Positions 16,601 through 22,725 of a stretch of DNA of 52,981 nucleotides are shown in pieces. The stretch lies in assembly GCA_002747875.1 (NCBI GenBank), contig PDQT01000295.1, forward strand, positions 1 to 52,981, written 5' to 3'. The first letter of the stretch is position 1. Each line of letters opens with the position of its first letter. The notes beneath the pieces are model-generated. The model was not told the DNA's origin and did no database searches. It was given only the letters and a program-made list of their open reading frames with translations. This DNA comes from a bacterium DOLZORAL124_64_63 (lineage in GTDB: Bacteria; Krumholzibacteriota; Krumholzibacteriia; LZORAL124-64-63). The translations under genes and the position numbers were made by a program.

Positions 16601-18574
16601 CACGATGTTCTCTGTGGCTGTCCTCGCTGTGTCGGCTGGGTGGCTGCGCATAAGGAGTTGGCGACCCGCATCACCGAGGCCACGAACCGAAAAACCGTGG
16701 AGGTTGCAGCCGCGGACGATCATTCGCATGGGCCGTCAGGTCATAGTCATAATGGACCGTCGGGCAAACCGGTGGTCAAATCGTCGAGCAAGCCGTCGAG
16801 CAAACCGTCGGGCAAGCCGATTGATGTGGACCATTTCTGGGGTAGCTCGGCCCAGGACCGGCCCCAAATTCCCGAAGATCGCGCGGTGCGGCTGGGTTTT
16901 CTGCAGGTGCTGGATGATATCCAGAATTACGCCCAGGGGCTGAGGGAATCTCCTCGCCGGGAGTTGGAGGGCGTGACCCGGGCTTTGAGCGGCGGTTACA
17001 TCCAGCCGTCGTCCGGAGGCGATGCCCTGTTCAACCCGGCTGCCGTGCCCACGGGCCGCAATCTTTACTCCATCAACGCGGAAAAGACCCCCACCGAGGA
17101 AGCCTGGCGGGTGGGCAAGATGCTGGCGGATCAGGTCCTGGCGGACCACCGCGCCCGCACCGGGAATTGGCCGCGGCAGGCGGCGTTCTCCCTCTGGGGC
17201 GGCGAGTTCATCCGGAGCAAGGGTTCCACCATGGCGCAGGTCATGTACCTGATGGGGGTGCGCCCGCTGCGCAATTCCCGGGGCACCGTCTACGATGTGG
17301 AGCTGATCCCCTCGGAAGAGCTGGGTCGTCCCCGCATCGATGTCCTGGTCCAGACCTCGGGTCAGTTCCGGGACGCCGGAGCCAGCCGCATCACCTTGCT
17401 GGACAAGGCGGTGCAGATGGTGGCCGCGTTGCCGGATGAAGAGTATCCCAACTACGTCCGGGACGGCGTGGCCGCCACGGAAATGGCGCTCAAGGAAAAC
17501 GGCATGGCCCCGCAGCGCGCCCGGGAACTGGCCACGGCCCGCATCTTCGGTTCGGCCGCCAACCAGAGCTACGGCGCCAACATCATGCGCATGGTGGAGT
17601 CGGGCGACACCTGGGAGGATTCCGCCGAGGTGGCCGAGCGCTACCTCCAGAACATGGGCGGAATTTACCGCGATGCCGACAACTGGGGCACCTATGAAGA
17701 GGGCGTCTTCGCCGCGGCCATGCAGGGCACGGAGCTGGTCATCCAGCCGCGGTCGTCCAACACCTGGGGCCCCCTCAGCCTGGACCATGTGTACGAGTTC
17801 ATGGGCGGCCTGACCGCCAGCATCCGGCACACCACCGGGAATGACCCCACGGGCTATTTCAGCGACCGGCGCGCCCGGGGACAGGCCAAGGCCACCAACG
17901 CCGTGCAGGCCATCCGCGAAGAGGCCCGCACCAAACTCTGGAACCCCCGTTATCTGGAAGGTTTGCAGGGCGAAGGCGCGGCGGCCGCCGCCGGTTTGAC
18001 CGAATCGGTGCGCAACATGTACGGCTGGAACGTGATGCAGCCCTCGGCCATCGACGAGACCATGTGGGACGAAACCTACGAGGTGATGGTGGAGGACAAG
18101 CACGGCCTGAACCTGCAGGAGTTCTTCGAGGAAGTGAACCCGTACGCCTTGCAGGATATGTCGGCGGTCATGCTGGAAACGGCCCGCAAGGGGATGTGGT
18201 CCCCGGATCCCGAGGTGCTGCAGAACCTGGCGGAACTGCATGCTGATCTGGTGGCCCGCTACGGCGCGGCCTGCTCTCGTGAGACCTGCAACAACGCGAA
18301 GCTGCGGGAATTCCTGAATGCTCAGCTCACGGCTCCGGGCAGCACGGTGCCCGACGCGCTGATCCAGGACTACGCGGCTAACCTGTCGGCGGTTCTGGAA
18401 TCTTCCCAGCCCTTGCCCAATATCGAAGGGCTCGAGCTGGAAGAGAGGATCGAGACGGTGGAAGAGGAGGTCCTGGCGGCCAGCCCTCTGCAGAATGTGA
18501 TGCTGGCGGGGGCCGTGGTGATGATGGCTCTGGTTTCTCTGTTCTGGGGGGCGCGGGGGCAGAAGCAGGAATAG
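13616..18574 (+). CDS. CobN/ChlH-family (class I chelatase large subunit; HmuS-like) protein, membrane-anchored, with a repeat insertion
   Basis: CobN hallmarks: IVHFGTHGSLEFTYGK ... DVPHIYPYIINNVGEALVAKRRSYGVTVSHLTPP, and LSGGYIQPSSGGDALFNPAAVPTGRNLYS ... LGRPRIDVLVQTSGQFRD. N-terminal TM LTAVLAVLALCVVAGLLIY and C-terminal TM VMLAGAVVMMALVSLFWG. Confidence 0.85.
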   Translation: MSAGTRKLTAVLAVLALCVVAGLLIYNTTLRKVRLAFVGFPDTQWANFEEVGLDTPYSLHKLDREDLGDLRLEKYHATLIWGMGFNPDPYQKANLERSMRKGANLVMVMATSKDVLDMANTGQERQDMVAEYLKHGGHDNLHAMMDYLAHELAGRRAKPAPVVEKPESGFFHLGDAMFASLEEYEAYLDEIRPNLRADAPKLALVGAFVNPGNRFERVHADRLIQEFEKRGVRVYPVFGFRESPELLKEANPDLALVMPHGRLAENNQVPEMLAEMNIPCIGALSLLADRETWLGDPQGLAGGFLSQSITMPELDGVIEPVVIASRDMNERGLQVPTVIEDRLERLTARTMNWLELRHKPNAEKKVVIVYYKSPGMAAVAAAGLETAPSLWNLLKHLQDEGYDLGGQLPADADALYDLIQTRGKTLGQWAIGAFETFLEEADPELIPAQTYARWFQDALSPARQKETLDLWGAIPGDRMVTTVDEEPYLVVSRIQLGNVVIMPQPTVGTGDDDEDEIATIHGTDQAAPHFYLGAYLWARNGFGADAIVHFGTHGSLEFTYGKSACMSRDCWPDILIGDVPHIYPYIINNVGEALVAKRRSYGVTVSHLTPPFTESGIYGDLVMLQEKLHTFNTETDPMLKLETRRTLSRLVHEYDMARDLNLPPEAGTDRLLTDDELSRLTNLIHELEAATITDGLHVLGRPFTEEQILSTVTLMLGEPGYKRLRAVTGRPDDPAVQDGARDLARSLVTGVLAGDIQAEQFFSADELAVLRDPHWGEDPNRAAQLAALKAEAKEAGLPHDVLCGCPGCIGWVASHEELAQRIIAASEEGTAEVAEADDHGDGHEHGHAAEQVTLESLKAEAKEAGLPHDVRCGCSRCAGWVATHKELATRITEATNHKAAAAHGQGHGQQQVAEHVSLESLKAEAKASGLPHDVLCGCSDCIDWVATHRDQAARIIAATNRKAAEDLGQVHEQQQVAEHVSLESLKAEAKAAGLPHDVLCGCPRCVGWVAAHKELATRITEATNRKTVEVAAADDHSHGPSGHSHNGPSGKPVVKSSSKPSSKPSGKPIDVDHFWGSSAQDRPQIPEDRAVRLGFLQVLDDIQNYAQGLRESPRRELEGVTRALSGGYIQPSSGGDALFNPAAVPTGRNLYSINAEKTPTEEAWRVGKMLADQVLADHRARTGNWPRQAAFSLWGGEFIRSKGSTMAQVMYLMGVRPLRNSRGTVYDVELIPSEELGRPRIDVLVQTSGQFRDAGASRITLLDKAVQMVAALPDEEYPNYVRDGVAATEMALKENGMAPQRARELATARIFGSAANQSYGANIMRMVESGDTWEDSAEVAERYLQNMGGIYRDADNWGTYEEGVFAAAMQGTELVIQPRSSNTWGPLSLDHVYEFMGGLTASIRHTTGNDPTGYFSDRRARGQAKATNAVQAIREEARTKLWNPRYLEGLQGEGAAAAAGLTESVRNMYGWNVMQPSAIDETMWDETYEVMVEDKHGLNLQEFFEEVNPYALQDMSAVMLETARKGMWSPDPEVLQNLAELHADLVARYGAACSRETCNNAKLREFLNAQLTAPGSTVPDALIQDYAANLSAVLESSQPLPNIEGLELEERIETVEEEVLAASPLQNVMLAGAVVMMALVSLFWGARGQKQE
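15974..16760 (+). repeat. four in-frame tandem repeats (207, 192, 192 nt spacing) encoding Cys/His-rich modules inside the CobN-like CDS
   Basis: The anchor tctttgaaggcc recurs at 15974 (gctttga), 16181, 16373 and 16565. The modules read L(K)AEAK(E/A)(A/S)GLPHDV(L/R)CGC(P/S)xC(I/A/V)xWVAxH(E/K/R)(E/D)(L/Q)AxRI. They are separated by His-rich linkers (DDHGDGHEHGH, HGQGHGQQQ, DDHSHGPSGHSH). Confidence 0.9.
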
Positions 18575-18598
18575 GAATAGGAAGAGGATGAGTTTTGG

Positions 18599-18632
18599 GC
18601 TGGCGGGTCGGGGGGCCCGCCGGCTTTGTTTT
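18599..18632 (+). terminator. rho-independent terminator candidate after the CobN-like gene
   Basis: GC-rich hairpin gctggcggg-tcgggggg-cccgccggc with one mismatch, followed by TTTGTTTT, 25 nt after the stop. Confidence 0.6.
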
Positions 18633-18966
18633 AGGGGGTGATTTGTCACCCTGAATCTGTGCTGCAACCTGATTTGGGACTCGAAATCAGGATGGGGGTC
18701 GTTGCATCGTAGCATCGGAAGGCACTGCTATTTGAGCGTTGAGGCAATTGTTTTGCATGGTTTCTGTATTTTTATAATTAACAGGGCTTTACAGATGTCT
18801 TGGCTGAAAAATCAGAAAACTCCCCCAAAACTTTTCCATGTATGTCCGTTAATCCGCATTAATAATTAAAAGAACAAGATAGGCCGCAAGGCAACCCAGA
18901 CACAGGGGGGATTGATGTTTGGGGTTCTAAGGGGATACAGCAGGCCATATAGAGAAAGATGGCGGG

Positions 18967-19383
18967 GTGACAGCGTGGTACTTCGATCTGGAGGAACCCA
19001 TCTCTGCTATCGAGATGACCCCTGGTTCGGCTGACAATCACAATTTCGGATTGGCGTTTGATAATTTTTCGCCTTCTTCGATTCCTTTTTATCCCATTTG
19101 CCATGCCGGTGGGCCTTATGAAATTGAAATCGGGGTGCCGGTACAGTTTTCAGGAGAGGATTCCATGGACCCAGATGGGGTCATTGTCTCCTATGCTTGG
19201 ACTTTCGGCGACGGTACGACGTCCTCTGAGGTATCGCCTGTTCATGTATTTCAGGAGCCGGGCGATTTTTCCGTGGAGCTTTGTGTGACGGACAATGATG
19301 GCAATGAAACCTGTTGCCAGAGTGATCTTGTGGTGCCGGCTCAGGAGGCCAGTTGGGATGGGATAAAAGCTTATTATCGGTGA
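18967..19383 (+). CDS. PKD-domain ORF, possibly a 5'-truncated remnant
   Basis: VQFSGEDSMDPDGVIVSYAWTFGDGTTSSEVSPVHVFQEPGDFSVELCVTDNDGNE is a canonical PKD repeat. GTG start, no signal peptide, markedly lower GC and different third-position usage than its neighbours. Ends in WDGIKAYYR. Confidence 0.5.
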   Translation: MTAWYFDLEEPISAIEMTPGSADNHNFGLAFDNFSPSSIPFYPICHAGGPYEIEIGVPVQFSGEDSMDPDGVIVSYAWTFGDGTTSSEVSPVHVFQEPGDFSVELCVTDNDGNETCCQSDLVVPAQEASWDGIKAYYR

Positions 19384-19403
19384 CATCTCTCCTCCTTTGG
19401 GAT

Positions 19404-19445
19404 CAAAGGGCCGGGTCCTCATTGCGGGCTTGGCCCTTTGTTTTG
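19404..19445 (+). terminator. hairpin plus T-run after the PKD ORF
   Basis: caaagggcc (19404-19412) pairs with ggccctttg (19432-19440), followed by tttt. Confidence 0.5.
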
Positions 19446-19577
19446 GGCGGGTTGAAACGGAAGGTGAAAATAGTGTAGACAAAGCGAAAGACCTGTGGTT
19501 TGCTGGCCTTTCGAAAAGTAGCCTCCAGAGAACAGCCATCACCGTCAGCAGCCGTGGCTCAAGGCCCCACCCCCAAA

Positions 19578-20117
19578 ATGATCCCAGAAAAACAAGCCCC
19601 CAATTTCTCCAACCTGGCAGAGCAGGAAGATTTCCCCGCCCTATACACCGAGCTGCGCACCCTGGCCGGCCGCTACATGAGCCGGGAACGCGCCGACCAC
19701 ACCCTGCAGCCCACCGCCCTGGTCCACGAACTTTTCCTGCGCCTGGAGGGCAGCGCGGGGCTAACCCTCAAAGGCCGGGCCCATTTCATGGTGGTCGCGG
19801 CCCGCACCATGCGCCGCATCCTCATCGACCATGCCCGCGCCCATGCGGCCAAGAAGCGGAAAAACCAGGGGAAAGTCAGTTGGCTGGAGCTGCAGGATTT
19901 TACGGTCATCGATTCCCCGGGTCGGTTTCTGGATCTGGAGAAATGCTTGAATAGGCTGTCCCAAGTCGACGCCCGCGCTGCCGCCATCATGGAATTGCGT
20001 TTCTTCGGAGATCTGGATGTGGGTGAAATCGCGAAAGCGTTCAACATTTCGGAACGTCTGGTCCGGCAGGAAATCGTTCATTCCCGGGCGTGGCTGCTGA
20101 GCCAGATGGGATCCTAG
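19578..20117 (+). CDS. ECF-type RNA polymerase sigma factor (kinase-associated 'HTLQPTALVHE' subgroup)
   Basis: YTELRTLAGRYMSRERADHTLQPTALVHELFLRL is the hallmark of the ECF sigma group usually paired with Ser/Thr kinases. The C-terminal region-4 HTH reads DVGEIAKAFNISERLVRQEI. Start set at MIPEKQ; uncertain. Confidence 0.75.
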   Translation: MIPEKQAPNFSNLAEQEDFPALYTELRTLAGRYMSRERADHTLQPTALVHELFLRLEGSAGLTLKGRAHFMVVAARTMRRILIDHARAHAAKKRKNQGKVSWLELQDFTVIDSPGRFLDLEKCLNRLSQVDARAAAIMELRFFGDLDVGEIAKAFNISERLVRQEIVHSRAWLLSQMGS

Positions 20118-20144
20118 CCTTTCTCCGGCCGGCCCCTTTCAAGA

Positions 20145-22646
20145 TTAACCCCCTTGCAGAGCCAAGCGCAATTCCTGCCGCCTCTCCCGCAGGATACGAA
20201 ACAATCGCCGATCATCTTCCCGCAGATTCCCCGCCAGCACCTGCTTGATCTGGTCCAGCACCTTGCGGGATCGCTCATCCGCTCCAGCGGCGCGCGTCCT
20301 CCTGACGGCCAGTCTGGCCTCGGTCGGCAACCTTCTTTTGGCCTCGAAAACAAAATCCGCGCGGGGACAGATTTCCGCGGCTCGGTCCAGCGCTTCCGCG
20401 GCCTGATCCAGCCAGGCGGCCGTTCCGTCCTGGTCGAACCTGGTCAGGAAAAGCTCGGCCAGTTCCTGATGCAACCGGCTGCCGGCAAACGGGCTGGGGC
20501 CGGTCTGGTTTTCCGCGCTCAGTTTCTGAAGAGCCCGAATATCCCGTTCCAGATCCTCCTGATGCAGCCCCATTTCTCGGCCACGCCGATGGGCCCGCGC
20601 CAACAGGACCCGGCTGTTCAAGAATCCCCACCGCAACCCGGCCTCCTCCTGAACGGAACAGGCCCGGTTGAATAACTCGTACGCTTGGTTCAGCGCCGCC
20701 GGATCCTCTCCCATTTCCGCCACCAGCAGTTGCGCCTGCCCCCAGCCTCGCAAAAGGGAACCATAGGCGTCCGGAACCAGTCGAATGTTCCCGATACTGT
20801 CACTGCGGGCGAACCAAACCAGTGAGGATCGCACCATTTCCAGGCTGTCCGCCGCCGCGCCCCAGAGGGAGCGGTACCTTCCGTTGTCGTTGTAGGCCAG
20901 GCACATGTTGAGACGTTGGTTGTGCGCGTCCGGCCGATAGGAAATGGCCGTGGAATCGGCCCAAATCTGGGCCAGGGCGCTTTGCATATACATCTGGGCC
21001 ACCCGGTAGTTGGACCGGGGGGTCACGAAATTGGCCAGGGCCGCCGCCGCCAGGGCCCGCCCGCCATAGGCCTGGCTGCGGGCCTGGAGAGCAATGCGCG
21101 CGGTGATGACCGATGTGGAATCCAGAGCCGCGAAGGACGCATCATCGAAGGGCACGTCTCCGCACGTCTTGAAGAAGCGGTTGGCGGCTTTGTAGCGGGC
21201 GGGATCGAACTCCAGGCCGCCCAGGAAGTACTGAGCTTCTCCCATGCGCCAGCGCGCGTACCGGTTCAGGGCGTTGTGCTCGGGAAGATCAGGCTGCTGC
21301 CGCAGCAGGTCCAGGGCTTGGGACAGGCTGTCGACGGCAGCCAGGTATCCCTCATGGCCGCGCGGCGCGATGTGCAGGTTGTTGTCGGCGCTGTCCAGCA
21401 AGGCATAGATAGAGTGACGGTGATCGGAGGCGGCCGCCGGCTCTCCCGTGAGATAGGAGACGAAGAACCAGCCCAGCAGCCCCAGAAGCAGCATACCCAC
21501 GGCCCGCAGAGGCGTTCGGGGCACTCCTGTCCGCAATTTCCCGAGGAGGCGCGAGGCCGGTCCGGGCACATCGACGTGGAGTTTGTTCCCGACCGGCAAG
21601 GCTTCCAGATCTTCCGCCAGGGTCTGCGCGTCGGCGTACCTTTGCTGCGGATCCGGGGCCAGGCAATGGGCCACCACGGCATCCACCGCGGGCCCCAGAT
21701 CGGCCTTTTGGCGGGATGGGGGCGTGGGCTTGGCGGCGATCACCGCCAGCAAAGCCTGATGCAGGGGAAATTCCGGCACCGGGTAAGGAAACTCTCCGGC
21801 CAAAACGGTGTGGATGATCAGCCCCAGCGCGTAGATATCGCTGGCGAAAGTGGCCTCCGCGCCCTGCGCCATTTCCGGGCTCATGTACTTGACGGTCCCG
21901 ATCAGATGGGAGCTGTCAACCGTCAGGGTCGGCAGCGTCTCGGAAGGGTTGATCAGCCGGGAAATACCGAAATCCAGCACACGAGGACGGGCGTCCTCAT
22001 CAACCAGGATATTGCTGGGCTTCAGGTCTCGGTGGACGATGCCCCGCTCATGGGCATGGGCCACCGCCCGGCTGATTGCGGCTAGAATCTTCAGGCGATC
22101 CTGCAGCTGGAAAGGCGTCTTGGCGCAGTATTGATCAAGGGAGCAGCCCCGCACATGCTCCATGGCCAGGTAGGCGACATCGCCCCCCTCCGCCTCTTCC
22201 ACTCCGGCTTCATAAAGACGCACGATACCGGGATGATCCAGCTGCCCGATTATGGTCGCCTCACGCTGGAATCGCTGGTGTAGACCGGTCCCCATGGCGC
22301 CGGCGTGGATCACTTTGAGGGCGACCTCGCGGTTGTTGTGGGGGTCCTGGGCCAGAAAGACCGTGCCCATGCCCCCGCCACCCAGGCGTTCGAGAATCTG
22401 AAAGGAACCCACGGCGGTGGGCAGGGGCGGCTCCGGTCCGGCCGAGGCGGATGTTGCCGTGTCCGTGAAGTCTTCTTCGGCACGCCACAACGCGCGCACT
22501 TGGTCCTGGAGAGAGGGGTTCCCCGCCGCGGCCGCCGCCAGGAATTGTTCCCGTTCTGCGGGCTCTATTTCCAGAGAGGCCAGGAAAATCTTTTTGGCCC
22601 GACGGTAAAGCTCATTGGGGTTGTTTCCTTTAGGGTCGGCTCCCAT
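20145..22646 (-). CDS. Ser/Thr protein kinase with one TM segment and a large C-terminal helical-repeat (TPR-like) domain
   Basis: GGGGMGTVFLA ... ALKV, HRDLKPSNILV, DFGISR and GTVKYMSPE. The N-terminal LYRRAKKIFLASLEIEPAEREQFL module is typical of ECF-sigma-partner kinases. TM segment AVGMLLLGLLGWFFVSYL. Confidence 0.85.
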   Translation of the reverse strand: MGADPKGNNPNELYRRAKKIFLASLEIEPAEREQFLAAAAAGNPSLQDQVRALWRAEEDFTDTATSASAGPEPPLPTAVGSFQILERLGGGGMGTVFLAQDPHNNREVALKVIHAGAMGTGLHQRFQREATIIGQLDHPGIVRLYEAGVEEAEGGDVAYLAMEHVRGCSLDQYCAKTPFQLQDRLKILAAISRAVAHAHERGIVHRDLKPSNILVDEDARPRVLDFGISRLINPSETLPTLTVDSSHLIGTVKYMSPEMAQGAEATFASDIYALGLIIHTVLAGEFPYPVPEFPLHQALLAVIAAKPTPPSRQKADLGPAVDAVVAHCLAPDPQQRYADAQTLAEDLEALPVGNKLHVDVPGPASRLLGKLRTGVPRTPLRAVGMLLLGLLGWFFVSYLTGEPAAASDHRHSIYALLDSADNNLHIAPRGHEGYLAAVDSLSQALDLLRQQPDLPEHNALNRYARWRMGEAQYFLGGLEFDPARYKAANRFFKTCGDVPFDDASFAALDSTSVITARIALQARSQAYGGRALAAAALANFVTPRSNYRVAQMYMQSALAQIWADSTAISYRPDAHNQRLNMCLAYNDNGRYRSLWGAAADSLEMVRSSLVWFARSDSIGNIRLVPDAYGSLLRGWGQAQLLVAEMGEDPAALNQAYELFNRACSVQEEAGLRWGFLNSRVLLARAHRRGREMGLHQEDLERDIRALQKLSAENQTGPSPFAGSRLHQELAELFLTRFDQDGTAAWLDQAAEALDRAAEICPRADFVFEAKRRLPTEARLAVRRTRAAGADERSRKVLDQIKQVLAGNLREDDRRLFRILRERRQELRLALQGG

Positions 22647-22725
22647 TTACCCTCTCCATAGGCGCTAACATCATGCTGTCAAGTATGATATCGGATAGGT
22701 CGCGGGTTGTCCATCTCCATGGCCA

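Noticed and set aside
15974-16760. Considered whether the regularly spaced repeats could be a CRISPR array
   Set aside because: The spacing is a multiple of 3, the repeats are imperfect, and the whole region is one open frame continuous with CobN motifs on both sides. It is a protein repeat. I saw no CRISPR-like array anywhere in the window.
13499-18715. Two very long minus-strand ORFs (1076 aa and 659 aa) opposite the CobN-like gene
   Set aside because: The plus frame carries unmistakable CobN motifs. The minus-frame products are Arg/Gly/His/Gln-rich with no domain signatures, the typical high-GC shadow pattern.
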